A stretch of DNA of 63,235 bases, filler included, from Stramenopiles sp. TOSAG23-3 (lineage: Eukaryota): the NCBI GenBank assembly GCA_900128585.1. It is 8 parts of 8 records of this genome, joined end to end, with 100 filler letters (N's around TTAATTAATTAA, not from the genome) between each part and the next. Parts side by side here need not be neighbours in the genome. Positions count along the whole stretch, not along the records: positions 10,024 to 19,938 come from LT642869.1; positions 20,039 to 29,943 come from LT642870.1; 6 more parts are not named here. The stretch is one strand, 5' to 3'. Position numbers and translations under genes: made by a program. The notes beneath the pieces were generated by a model. The model was given only the letters and a program-made list of their open reading frames with translations, was not told the DNA's origin and did not search any database. Positions 10,024-20,668 of the stretch are shown in pieces; within the stretch, counting starts at the first letter, position 1, and every line of letters starts with the position of its first letter.

Positions 10024-11424
10024 GACCTCGCGGACGCGAAAGGGATGACGGAGCCTAACGAGCAGAAGCGTGTCAGCGATGCGACCCTGAAGGTGGGCTC
10101 CAAGCAGCACGGCGACGAGGAGGTCGTGCGGTACTACCAGTTCAGCGCGGACCGGAAGGACCTGCGGGGCTTGGTCGGCCTGGGCCAGCTGTACTACTAC
10201 GGCTTGCGGGGGCTCGACCAGGACTTTGGCCGGGCCTTTGACCTGTTCCAGGAGGCGGCGAAGCACCACGCGTCGTCGGGGGGGAACGCGTTCGCGAACT
10301 TGGGCCACATGTACCTCCACGGCTTCGCGCGCCCCGGACCGGGCGAGGCGGCGGCGGGGGCGGGCGCGCGCACCCCGGACTACGCCAAAGCGCTCGAAAT
10401 GTTCGAGGTTGCGAAGAAGAACGGCAACTCCCACGGGTTTGCCGGCCTTGGAGTCATGTACTTGTGGGGGATGGGGGTCGAGCAGGATGTCACAGAGGCG
10501 CTGAAGAACCTGAAGAAGGGCGCGGAGGCGGGGAACGCCATCGCGCACTACAACCTGGGCGTGCTCTACCTCGGTGCAGGGGTGAAGGGGACCGAGGCGC
10601 ACCGAAATTTTCGGGCTGCCGCGCAGCACTTCACCGTGGCATCGCAGGCGGGCCACCTGCACTCGAAGCACAAGCTAGCCAACATGTACCTCCACGGCAT
10701 CGGCACGGACGAGAACTGCGACAACGCGGCCAAGCTGTTCAAGCAGGTCGCAGAGGCGGGCGTCCACGCCGACGCGCAGCGGTCGGCGCACCAGCTGGTC
10801 GAGGCCGGGAAGCTGCTGAAGGCGCTCGCGAAGTACGCCACGAATGCCGAGATGGGGTACCAGGTCGCGCAGGAGAACGCAGCGTGGGTATACGAGGAGA
10901 TGCTCGCAGACCACGACGCGGAGTTTATGGGGCTTCTCCCCAGCTCGGCGACGCGGGACGCCGACGGCGAAAAGCGAAGCCTTCGAGAGCCGTTTGGCCT
11001 TCGAATGTGGGAGCACGCGTCGGGCCAAGGGAACATTTTTGCGAGCTTGCGCGTGGGGGACATTTACTTCTACGGGCGGCAGGGCGCCGACGTCGACTAC
11101 GGGCGGGCCTCGGTCCATTACCAAAAGGCGGCGAGCCTTGGGAGTGCGCAGGCCATGTTCAACCTCGGCTTCCTGCACCATTTTGGCCACGGGACGAAGG
11201 ACTACCACTTGGCGAAGCGGTGGTACGACACTGCGATGACGAAGGACCGGAACGCTTTCTACCCGTGCATCTTCGCCCTGCACCACTTGTACGTTCGGAG
11301 CGCGTGGGAGTCGTCGACGGACTGGAAAGAGTTCTTGTCTGCAATGTACTCGACCCTGACGGCGCGCTGGGTGAAGGGAAAGCAGTTCGAACTGTTCCTC
11401 GGGTCGAAGCCGTTGCACCCGTGA
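10024..11424 (+). CDS. SEL1-repeat protein (SEL1L/Hrd3 ERAD component-like), 5'-truncated at the contig edge
   Basis: Multiple SEL1 repeats (LGQLYYYGLRGLDQDFGRAFDLF, LGVMYLWGMGVEQDVTEA, AEMGYQVAQENAAW, AQAMFNLGFLHHFG..KDYHLAKRWYD). Confidence 0.85.
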   Translation, partial: DLADAKGMTEPNEQKRVSDATLKVGSKQHGDEEVVRYYQFSADRKDLRGLVGLGQLYYYGLRGLDQDFGRAFDLFQEAAKHHASSGGNAFANLGHMYLHGFARPGPGEAAAGAGARTPDYAKALEMFEVAKKNGNSHGFAGLGVMYLWGMGVEQDVTEALKNLKKGAEAGNAIAHYNLGVLYLGAGVKGTEAHRNFRAAAQHFTVASQAGHLHSKHKLANMYLHGIGTDENCDNAAKLFKQVAEAGVHADAQRSAHQLVEAGKLLKALAKYATNAEMGYQVAQENAAWVYEEMLADHDAEFMGLLPSSATRDADGEKRSLREPFGLRMWEHASGQGNIFASLRVGDIYFYGRQGADVDYGRASVHYQKAASLGSAQAMFNLGFLHHFGHGTKDYHLAKRWYDTAMTKDRNAFYPCIFALHHLYVRSAWESSTDWKEFLSAMYSTLTARWVKGKQFELFLGSKPLHP

Positions 11425-11575
11425 ACGGGGGGCGTGCTATTCTTCACTGTGCGTTAAAACAGTATTGCTGTTGGCAGTTGGTCTTACCTTACCAGCTTAA
11501 GCTTCTTAAAAAGTTAAAATGAAGAACGGGGTGTTTTTCCTTTCGTTGAATATAAAAAAACAATTAGTATCATAT

Positions 11576-11625
11576 TTGATTTAAAATGAGAGTCTTAAAA
11601 CATACTATATAATTTGTTTTTTTTT
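11576..11625 (-). repeat. Dispersed repeat family A copy (core AGTATGTTTTAAGACTCTCATTTTAAATCAA)
   Basis: Related copies at about 9702-9720 (+), 27641-27749 (+), 32955-32999 (-) and 57864-57905 (+). Confidence 0.8.
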
Positions 11626-11740
11626 AAAAACAAATTAAAAAACACTAATTATATAGTATTGTAAGCACAAATATAAACTATTTTTTATTTAACGTAAATA
11701 AGAATGTGTACAGTGCTGCCCTGGGATAACTTGAGGGCCT

Positions 11741-12490
11741 CTATTCCGACGACTGGAGGGTTGCGACGTGGGCCTCGTGGACCTTGGCCAGCACCTGCTT
11801 CAACGATTCGGTGCACTTTCTCGCAAGGTCCCGCTCGTCCTCGAGGCTTTGCTTGAGTTCCCCGAGCCTGGTCTGCTCTCGCTCCAGCATGGCCTTCAGA
11901 CGGTCCCTGTCCTTCGTTTTCTCCCTCAAGCGCTCGGCCCTGAGGAGGGCGTCGGGAGACTCCGCCATGGAGGGCGGCACGCGCTCCCCGGCCCCGGGAA
12001 GCTCCGGCTGTTCGTTCACTAACTTGTCCAAACGGTTCAGCTTGTCCGTGAGCTGCCGCCGCGCGGCGACCTCCTCGAAGGAGACCATGGTCCTCTCCTT
12101 GACCCGCTGCATCATTCGCTCGACCCACTCCTCAGACACAAGGTCCCTGCACGCTGGGACGTCGTCGAGGGTGAGCTCTTCCGGGTTCTTTCGTTTCCGC
12201 TTCTTTTCGCTGACCTGACCGTGGAGCCGTTCGGGGGCCCGCCCTTCCCGGAGGATCTTCCTGAACCAGGTCTGGCGGACCTCGGCCTTTCCCCTCTCGA
12301 GCGCTTTGTCAAGCACCCCCCTTAGCCGCCTCATCCTCGGGCCTTCCCCGTTGACGTACGTCAAACCCTGAACGGGGGACGCGGGCCGAGGACGGGTCGG
12401 CGCCCGTCCACTTTCGGACGCCCCGTTGTTCCTGCCGCCCGCACTCCCTCCCCCCGCCGCGGCGGTCGTCCCGGTCGCCAAGGACGCCAT
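11741..12490 (-). CDS. Nnf1/PMF1-like kinetochore (MIS12 complex) subunit
   Basis: GPRMRRLRGVLDKALE and FEEVAARRQLTDKLNRLDKLV...SPDALLRAE followed by a coiled coil resemble the Nnf1 family pattern. Confidence 0.55.
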   Translation of the reverse strand: MASLATGTTAAAGGGSAGGRNNGASESGRAPTRPRPASPVQGLTYVNGEGPRMRRLRGVLDKALERGKAEVRQTWFRKILREGRAPERLHGQVSEKKRKRKNPEELTLDDVPACRDLVSEEWVERMMQRVKERTMVSFEEVAARRQLTDKLNRLDKLVNEQPELPGAGERVPPSMAESPDALLRAERLREKTKDRDRLKAMLEREQTRLGELKQSLEDERDLARKCTESLKQVLAKVHEAHVATLQSSE

Positions 12491-13555
12491 GTACGCGATA
12501 GAGAGGGAGAACGGAAGCAGCTAAGGAAGGAATCAAGGAAGAAACCTACACCAATTTAAACCAACGATCCTGTTAAAATCATGCAATGGTTGATGAATTT
12601 TTTCATTCTTATAATTTCAATTTCATTACATATTTATATAATTTAGAAGTATTTCAATTATCTCCTCCCCTAACTTATTAATAACTCTGTATACACAAAT
12701 TGTTGAATTACTTTTTTTTTCTTCAACAAAAAAAAAAGAAAAAAGAAAAAAAGTTTAAATTTTGTTGTGTAAAACAAATAAGGAAAGTTAGTTAATAAAT
12801 GTAAACATATTAATGTGTAATAGGGAAGGTTTTCATCTTTTCTATTTCATTTTTTATTAAGTTAATAATGGCTCAATAATAAGTAATTATAAAATAAGGA
12901 TACTTATACTTAGACTACGAATTATTCATTCGATATTTTAAATTATCCATCGATTCAAATTAAGTATAAATTAATTATATTCTAATATATAAATATTACC
13001 TATTTAAAATGGTCCATGTCATTTCGCGCCTTTCTTTCTTTCTTCTTCTCTTCTTCTTCTTTTCTTTCTTTCTTTCTTTCTTTTTCTATTTCGTTCTTCT
13101 TCTTCTCTTCTTCTTCTTTCGTTTTCTTTCTTCTTCTTCTTCTTCTTCTTCTTGTATTTTAAATTAAAGAAAAAGATTTTTATTTCATTATTATAGATTA
13201 CAATTAAACTATACTTAATTAAATAGTACTCCTATTTAAATTTCATCAAAAAAATAAATAAAAAAAATAATAATAAAAAAAATATTATTATTATTATTAT
13301 TATTATTATTGGACTAAAGTAAATAATGAAGAAGAAGTTAAACTGAGAAGATTGAAGAATGTTTTGTGCATAGTGTAATTTATCGCTTTTGCCAGTATTT
13401 AGTTTGGTTGTATTCAATTTAAGCAAGTTTTGTAGTATTTGCCTTCGTGTGCGTTGCGCGTAACTGACAGAGAGAACGAGAGAGCCAACCCTCACCTCAC
13501 CTCGCCTTCCCACCGGCGCCTAGTAGCCTGTACTCCCCCACCTTCTCTTCCGGCC

Positions 13556-15703
13556 ATGTCCTCCCAAGACGACTTTCAGTCTCCCAAGCAACCAACGGCC
13601 CCGGCCCGAACGGTCCGCCCACCGATACTGGACGAATCCGACAGCTCCGACGACGACGTCCCGCTGTCCACCTTCAAACGGAACACGTCCCCGCAGAAGG
13701 CCGCCCCCGCCGCCTCCTCCAAGCCCCCCAAAAAGGTCAAGAAGGAGAAGAAGCACAAGAAGGACAAGAAGAGCAAGAAGAGCAAGAAGCGAAAGAAGGA
13801 CGTCAAGCGGGAACGCTCGGCCCCGCCCAAGAAGCGGGCGCGGGCGTCCTCCGCCAAGAAGGCCCCGGCCAAGAAGAAAGGGCCGAAGGAGAAGACCCTT
13901 ACGGACACGATGCAGCTCGACCGGGCCATGAAGGCCTACCGGTGGTGGGAGGCGACGCCGCTCCCGGACGGCCAGATGTGGCAGACCCTCGAGCACTACG
14001 GGGTCAACTTTCCCCCAAAGTACGTCCCGCACGGCGTCAAGATGGGGTACGACGGGGCTGCCATAGACCTCACCTCGGCCCAAGAGGAGGTCGCCACGTT
14101 CTACGCGGAGATGCCCTTGGACGGCCCGCAGCTGGGCAACCCGAAGACGAAGAAGGTCTTCGACAAGAACTTCTTCAAGGACTTCAAGGGCGTCCTCGGC
14201 CGGGGGCACGCCATCCAGAAGTTCGACCTCTGCGACTTTGGCCCCATCCGAAAGCACGTCGAGAAGCGCCGGAAAGTTCGAAAGGAGCGGACGAAGGAAG
14301 AGAAGGAGGTCGAGAAGAAGGAGCGGATGGCCGTGGCCCAGAAGTACGCGTACGCCATGGTCGACGACCACATCGAGAAGCTCGGGAACTACACGATCGA
14401 GCCCTCCGGCCTCTTCCGGGGCCGCGGGGCCCACCCGAAGACGGGGACCCTGAAGACCCGGGTCATGCCCGAGCAGGTCATCCTCAACGTCGGGGACGGG
14501 CAGATAGTCCCCCGCTGCCACGTCCCGGGCCACGCCTGGGGCTCCCTGATCGAGAAGAACGACGTGACGTGGCTCGCGTACTGGCACGAGAACGTCATGA
14601 ACGGGACCAAGTACGTCTGGCTGGCCGCCTCGTCGAGCTTCAAGGGGAAGAGCGACGTGTCCAAGTACGAGAAGGCCCGGAAGCTGAAGAAGTGCATCGG
14701 GAAGATCCGGGGGGACTACGAGAAGAACCTCAAGGCGAAGAATCAGGCCAAGGCCCAGCGGGCGACGGCCATGTGGATTATCGACCGCCTTGCCCTGCGC
14801 GCCGGGAACGAGAAGGGGGAGGACGAGGCCGACACCGTCGGGACCTGCTCCCTGCGGAAGGAGCACCTGGCCTTTGACGAGTCGGGCAAGGGGGGGAACA
14901 GCAAGCACGTCGTCGTGCTGGACTTTTTGGGAAAGGACTCGATGCGCCACTTTCAGACCATCGACCTCGGGAAGCGCTACGGGGACGTCGGGGTCCGCGT
15001 GTTCAACAACTTGCAGAAGTTCTGCAAGAAGAAGAAGGGGTCTGAGGACATCTTCGACCAGCTGAGCGTGTCGGACCTGAACGACCATTTGAAGACCCTC
15101 ATGCCCGGGCTCTCGGCCAAGGTCTTCCGTACCTTCAACGCCTCGGCCACCCTGGAGGCGGAACTGCCCGACAACGTGGCGGCGAAGTCCATCGCGGAGA
15201 AGGTCATCCTGTACAACGAGGCCAACCGGAAGGTCGCCATCCTGTGCAACCACCAGAAGACCGTGTCCAACGCGTTCGAGGCAGGCTACGAGAAATTAGA
15301 GGCTAGAGCGAAGCTGCTCCGGGAGCAGATCGAGGAGATCAAGTCGGACTTCAAGCGGGTCAAGAAGGGGAAGGACATCAAGCTGTCCACCGTCCAGCCC
15401 GGGGATTCAAAGGAGGAGAGGGCCAAACAGGCCCACCGCTTCAAGCGCCAACCCTCCCAGGACCAGGTCAAGAAGCGCTTCCTGACCTTCAAGCAGCGGC
15501 TCACGGCTCTCGAGCTGAACATGAAGAACAAGGACGACAACAAGTCGGTTGCGCTCGGGACCAGCAAGATCAACTACATGGACCCGAGGATCACCGTCGC
15601 CTGGTGCAAGCGCAACGAGTGCCCCATCGACAAGGTCTTTGCCCGCGCACTCCGGGACAAATTCCCATGGGCCTGCAGCGCCAAGACGGGGTACAAATTT
15701 TAG
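13556..15703 (+). CDS. TOP1: DNA topoisomerase I (type IB)
   Basis: W.TLEH.GV.FPP.Y, IEPSGLFRGRGAHPKTG, LRAGNEK..DEADTVGTCSLR, DFLGKDSMR, AKVFRTFNAS, VAILCNHQ and catalytic SKINYMDPRI. The first in-frame ATG is at 13556. Confidence 0.97.
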   Translation: MSSQDDFQSPKQPTAPARTVRPPILDESDSSDDDVPLSTFKRNTSPQKAAPAASSKPPKKVKKEKKHKKDKKSKKSKKRKKDVKRERSAPPKKRARASSAKKAPAKKKGPKEKTLTDTMQLDRAMKAYRWWEATPLPDGQMWQTLEHYGVNFPPKYVPHGVKMGYDGAAIDLTSAQEEVATFYAEMPLDGPQLGNPKTKKVFDKNFFKDFKGVLGRGHAIQKFDLCDFGPIRKHVEKRRKVRKERTKEEKEVEKKERMAVAQKYAYAMVDDHIEKLGNYTIEPSGLFRGRGAHPKTGTLKTRVMPEQVILNVGDGQIVPRCHVPGHAWGSLIEKNDVTWLAYWHENVMNGTKYVWLAASSSFKGKSDVSKYEKARKLKKCIGKIRGDYEKNLKAKNQAKAQRATAMWIIDRLALRAGNEKGEDEADTVGTCSLRKEHLAFDESGKGGNSKHVVVLDFLGKDSMRHFQTIDLGKRYGDVGVRVFNNLQKFCKKKKGSEDIFDQLSVSDLNDHLKTLMPGLSAKVFRTFNASATLEAELPDNVAAKSIAEKVILYNEANRKVAILCNHQKTVSNAFEAGYEKLEARAKLLREQIEEIKSDFKRVKKGKDIKLSTVQPGDSKEERAKQAHRFKRQPSQDQVKKRFLTFKQRLTALELNMKNKDDNKSVALGTSKINYMDPRITVAWCKRNECPIDKVFARALRDKFPWACSAKTGYKF

Positions 15704-16024
15704 GGGTTTGCGATCAACATGTAAGCAGAAAGCGGGATTCAAGCAATGTGCTTTTAATGATTAATTTCTTTTTGGTTGCAAGAACTACGAACGAGTTCGT
15801 AACATTTTACTGTGAATCTTACTTTGTGTTGATTAAAAGATGAGTTACACCGTAGTATGATATAGTGTAAAATTAATTAACTTTTTGAGACTTATAAAAT
15901 AACATATTCTGTTCACAAAGATTCAATTAAAAATAGTCGAAATTTATGTGCGGGGCGGCGCGCCCGCCTGTACAGTTCTATTTTATAAAAAGTCTTTTAA
16001 ATGTTACGCGCCGTTTCATTTTCT

Positions 16025-17359
16025 CTACGCGGAGGAGAACGAGACCCGCCGCTTGCTCCGCGGCTGGTCCCCGTTCCCGTTTCCACCCGTGTTCTCGTCG
16101 TTGCCCGCGCCGTGAGCGCCGCCTTTTCCCGTCCTCGCGCTCACCACCCGCTTTAGGGCCCCGACCGGGAGCGCGGGGACCGCGTACTTGGACGGTTTGA
16201 CTGCCCGCGGGACTTTCAGGATGCCCCCAGCCGCCTGCCCCCGTGGGGCCGTGGACCGAAAGTCCTGCGGCATGAATCCTACCGTCCCGCCGTTGCCACC
16301 AACGAGCGCCTTGGCGACCTTTTTCTTGCCCTTGTGCCCCCGATTGCGCACCATTTTCTGCATCAAGGTCGCGTCCGCCATCGCGGCACTGAACTCTTGC
16401 TTTAGCCTCGAGCGGCGGCTCTTCGGGGCAACGCCTTCGTTGCCCGGCGCCCGGTTCCGCCGGCCCTGCGGCGGCCAGTGCTTTGGCCTAGAGTTGAAAC
16501 TGCTACTGGCGCGCGTCCTGGCGCTCTTACTATTGTCCGGCGTGTCCGTGCTGCCGCCACCCTCTCGTTTTCCCCTCCGCTCCACTGGGGCGCTCTCGCT
16601 GTCGTAGTACTGCTTTTGGCTGCCCATGAAATTGTCTATTCGGCTCTTGAAGGCCCCGGTCGGCTGGAGGCTCGGCCGGAACGAGTTGTTGAAGGACTTG
16701 CTCTTCTTCCTGCGGCGTGCCCGCCCCGTGGGCGCCTTCCCCCGGTGCTTTCGTACCCCGACCATACCGGACGATGCCTTGTTCCGGTGCCTCATCGACA
16801 TCTCCACAATATCCACATTGTCCAGGGTGTGCCTGCCCCCGACCGCGGCGCTGCCCGCCGCCGCGACACTCTTCCCGCCCCCCCCTGCTGCCTTCTCCCC
16901 GCCCCCCAGCACTTTCTTGGACTTGTCCAGGAGCTTCTGCGTCTCGTCGATTTCCTGCATAAGGCGACGCCGGCGCTTACCCGTCCCGAACTTCTTTGCC
17001 ACCCAAAGCCCGAAACGGTACGGGGGGAACCACCCGAGGGTTTTCAGCCAGAACCGCGAGATGGACTCTGGGTCGATGCTCTCTAAGTTTTGAACCATGC
17101 ACTTGAACTCTTCGTAGCAGAGGTCGCCGCTTCCGTCCGTGTCGTACAGGACGAGCATGCCCTTGGACTCTTCCTTTGTCAGTTTGATCCCAAAGTACCG
17201 GAACATGCACGTTTTGATCTCTCCAAAATCTATTACCCCGTTTCCGTCCAAGTCAAATTTTGCGAACGCTTCCCTCAGGTTTTTCTCAGAGGGGGGCCGC
17301 CAGTGCTCGAAGTTCCGCGTGGCCAAGTCTTTGGCGGTGACACCCTCCGGAACGTACAT
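16025..17359 (-). CDS. EF-hand pair protein with a long basic, disordered C-terminus
   Basis: EF-hand loops FDLDGNGVIDFGE and YDTDGSGDLCYEE. Confidence 0.75.
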   Translation of the reverse strand: MYVPEGVTAKDLATRNFEHWRPPSEKNLREAFAKFDLDGNGVIDFGEIKTCMFRYFGIKLTKEESKGMLVLYDTDGSGDLCYEEFKCMVQNLESIDPESISRFWLKTLGWFPPYRFGLWVAKKFGTGKRRRRLMQEIDETQKLLDKSKKVLGGGEKAAGGGGKSVAAAGSAAVGGRHTLDNVDIVEMSMRHRNKASSGMVGVRKHRGKAPTGRARRRKKSKSFNNSFRPSLQPTGAFKSRIDNFMGSQKQYYDSESAPVERRGKREGGGSTDTPDNSKSARTRASSSFNSRPKHWPPQGRRNRAPGNEGVAPKSRRSRLKQEFSAAMADATLMQKMVRNRGHKGKKKVAKALVGGNGGTVGFMPQDFRSTAPRGQAAGGILKVPRAVKPSKYAVPALPVGALKRVVSARTGKGGAHGAGNDENTGGNGNGDQPRSKRRVSFSSA

Positions 17360-18229
17360 TGCGTGGTCGTTGCGGCTGTTTGGCTGTAGGTTGCAATTGT
17401 ATTGGACAATGGAATGGTGTTTTTCTGGAAGTACATGGGCTGAAAAAATGGTACGTTGGGATTGGGTCGGGTTGAGGATGGAGTTGGTTGATGGAAGTTG
17501 GTGGGTGCGAGGGTGCGAGGGTGGTGTGGAGGGGGCAAAATAACGTTCTGAAGATTGTTACCCAGATTGATGAAGAAAGGGGGAGGTAGTTAATGCTGTG
17601 TGGTAGTACCGTAGTAGATTACGGTGACTGTTGTTCGAATCAGCAGCGTCGTCTTTCTGATGATTTTCGTTTTGTTGTGGGTCGTCGTCTTCTCCTTCTT
17701 TCTTTCTCTATTTTTTAGTTCGTTGTTTCATTATATTATTTATTATATAAATATATAGGGAAGGGGAAAAGGTGATGAAGAGAAGAAAAGAAGAAGGGGA
17801 AAAGGTGAAGAGAGAGAAGAAGAAAAGAAGAACAAGAAGAAGAAACAGGAAAAAACTGGAGAGAGAAGAAGTAGTACAAGAAGAAGAAGAGGATCAGGTC
17901 AATCAAAACGAGCACAAAACAACATAACAACAATTATTGTCACAACTAAAACTATATAAAATAAAGCCAAAGCCAAATAACTAACTAACAAACTAACTAG
18001 ACTAACTTGTAAACTTCTATTAGGTAGAAAATAAGAAACCCTTCTTCGTTCTTCGTCCGTCCTTATATTGCTTTATTGCTTCACTGTTAAAGTATATTAT
18101 AGTTTTCTCTCTTTCTAAAAAAATGCACGAATAAATAATTAAATAAATAAATGGGATGAAACGGACTGGTCTCAGCTCAACTCTCAAAACCTCTCAGCTC
18201 TCAGCTCTCTCAGCCAACCCAACAAACAC

Positions 18230-18328
18230 AAACAACAACTCAATATATAGCAAGAAACAACTCAATATCAATATCATCAAACAACAACTCAATATATAGC
18301 AAGAAACAACTCAATATCAATATCATCA
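18230..18328. repeat. Perfect 49-bp tandem duplication (2 copies)
   Basis: AAACAACAACTCAATATATAGCAAGAAACAACTCAATATCAATATCATC starts at 18230 and again at 18279. Confidence 0.9.
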
Positions 18329-18805
18329 GGATAGAACCCCATCCAGAAGAAGAAAGAACCCAGAAGAATTGCTGAGGAGCCGGAGCCTTCTTTCTTGTTG
18401 GTTGGATCTCTCACTCTTCTTCTAACTTTGGATTATATTAAAATTGGGTTTTTAAAACCATATGTATAATAAGTACATACAATAATATAATAACTATATA
18501 ACTAATGTATTCATATACAATTAAATACCTAATTGTAATCCATATACTATATTAAGCCAGAACTATAAAAATATTATTATTTATTACAAAAAGTTGTTAT
18601 TTATTTATTATATAATTATTGTATTATTTGTACAGGAAAGACTTATCATGATGGAATTCCAATCGTTCACCGACCAAAGCGCACATGCATATGCCCCCGT
18701 GTAACCGAACCAGGACAGGCGCAGGTCCTTTGCCCGCCCCTACGCCGTCTTGCCACCCCACCCCACGCATCGCCGCCTTACCCTCTTACCGCAACCCGAT
18801 CCTTA

Positions 18806-19786
18806 TTATTGCACCATCATCGCGCCCTCCTCTTCCTCGAAGATCAAATTGAGGGTATTTGCCAACCGAATGCCCCCTTTCGCGAGCGCGTACTCGGCAA
18901 CGCAGCCGGGGCACATGTACGCGTCGTAGTAGCTGCGGGGGATAAGCAAGGAATCGTTCTTTGGCCGATGGGCCTCGTGCGGGATCTGCGTCCCGTTCGC
19001 AAAACGGTAGGCGTACTTGACGGCGAGGTCCAGGCCTTCCTGGACCCAGGCATTGTAGTCGGTGGGGTTCTCCAGCCACGCCCCGGCCGCTTCGTCCTTC
19101 CATTTCGTGGAGAGAAAGTGGTAGATCTCCGGCTCGACCGTGCCGCTGTAATTCCCCTCCACCCCTTCCCGGTTCACCAGGATGCCAAAGTCCCACACTT
19201 TGTGAAGGTTCCAGTACTCCCCCTGGCCTGGGACCCAGTACTTGACGTCGATGATGGCCCCCCCGCGGTCCCGCGCCAGCGCCGTGTGCAGGGGCTGGTG
19301 AATGTCGCCGACAAAGTGGATCACGAACTTCAACGCGTCGCTCGTTTCGTTGTTCGGGTTCGTCCCCTTGGCCCAGTTCGCTTTCAGGATGGACGTGTAG
19401 TTGGCGATTGCGCCTGACACGCAGTACCCTAAGGGACTCTTCCCGAACGTGCCCCGGCAGTCTCGCTCGTACACGAACGTGCAGTTCGTCAGCTCCTTCT
19501 CGCACTCGTCGCTCGGGTCCAGCACGTTGACAAAGTGGTGGCTCATTAACCAGTGGTACTTGTCCGTGTGCGTCATGTCGTCGGCCCACGAGGAGACAGA
19601 GGCAAGGCTTTGCCCACCGAGAAGTTTATCGCACGCCGCCTTTGCCTTCGGGGACAAGTGCCGGGCCGCAATGTCGCTGACAATGGCGTGGGCGTCCCTC
19701 CCCCACGCCCTGCAGGAGCAGGGGAGCAGAACTAGCAGGAGGAGCAGGAGAAGGGGGGGCGAGGAGAAGGCCCGGGCGGACGTCAT
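18806..19786 (-). CDS. Secreted S1/P1 nuclease
   Basis: Signal peptide followed by WGRDAH, WADD, HFVGDIHQPLH and NLHKVWD zinc-ligand motifs. Confidence 0.93.
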   Translation of the reverse strand: MTSARAFSSPPLLLLLLLVLLPCSCRAWGRDAHAIVSDIAARHLSPKAKAACDKLLGGQSLASVSSWADDMTHTDKYHWLMSHHFVNVLDPSDECEKELTNCTFVYERDCRGTFGKSPLGYCVSGAIANYTSILKANWAKGTNPNNETSDALKFVIHFVGDIHQPLHTALARDRGGAIIDVKYWVPGQGEYWNLHKVWDFGILVNREGVEGNYSGTVEPEIYHFLSTKWKDEAAGAWLENPTDYNAWVQEGLDLAVKYAYRFANGTQIPHEAHRPKNDSLLIPRSYYDAYMCPGCVAEYALAKGGIRLANTLNLIFEEEEGAMMVQ

Positions 19787-19938
19787 GGCGGTAGTGGTGG
19801 TGGTAACGTTGTAACGACGAACTTGTATTGAAATGTACGTTCGTTTAGTGAATCTATGGAATATGTGCGATAGGTGAATGTACAGTTCTTTCTTTCTTTC
19901 TTTATATATTCTATTATTGTAGAGGAATTGGAAGTATT

Positions 19939-20038
19939 NNNNNNNNNNNNNNNNNNNNNNNNNNNNNNNNNNNNNNNNNNNNTTAATTAATTAANNNNNN
20001 NNNNNNNNNNNNNNNNNNNNNNNNNNNNNNNNNNNNNN
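19939..20038. other. Artificial contig spacer
   Basis: N44-TTAATTAATTAA-N44. Confidence 0.98.
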
Positions 20039-20668
20039 ATTCCCTGTTAGTTGTTGTGGGTGTTGAATAATGATGAAACGGTTATTTATTAAATTATTAT
20101 TTTTTTTTTAAATTTCTTTTTTCTCAATTATTATTACTGTATTAATTTTAAATTAAATTTAATAGTCGGTCTAGCAGGTTATTAGCTTGTAAAAAAAAAC
20201 ATTTAACCCTCTCCTTTTTTATTAATAAATACGGAGGAGGAGGACTGACAACAATTAAACTAATAATAATAAAAAAAATAAAAAAAATAATATGGTTCAG
20301 AGAAATACGAAGTAGAGTATATGGTATTATTATATTATATAATAATAATAAAAAGAAGAAGAAAGAGAAGAAGAAGAGAAGAAGAAAGAAGAAGAGAAGA
20401 AAAAAAAATGAATGATAGAAGAAATATAATTTGGCGCATTTTTTTTGAAGATGACCAAATATGAAACATTAAAGTAGGTTGTGAGTTCGATTAAAAAGTA
20501 GAATTGGGTGCATTTTTCTGAGACAGAGAGTGCACAAGGAAAGTTTGAAAGAAGTTGCTCTGTAGTTCAACGAACGGTCTGAGACAATACGAGTCAAGGG
20601 AAATAGGCTGCTTTTGAAGAGTTTGGTAAGGAGCAGCAGTTTCACCTCCTTTACTACCCCGCGCGTCC

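Noticed and set aside
11422-11457. Read-through of the SEL1-like TGA to supply a C-terminal membrane anchor
   Set aside because: Only about 10 codons follow before TAA, with no SECIS or redox motif.
13520-15253. Long antisense and alternative-frame ORFs over TOP1 (also over the SEL1-like and B56 genes)
   Set aside because: These are shadow ORFs expected from very high GC3, with no recognisable motifs.
18230-18328. Direct repeats that might suggest a CRISPR array
   Set aside because: There are two adjacent copies without unique spacers, no cas genes, and the context is eukaryotic.
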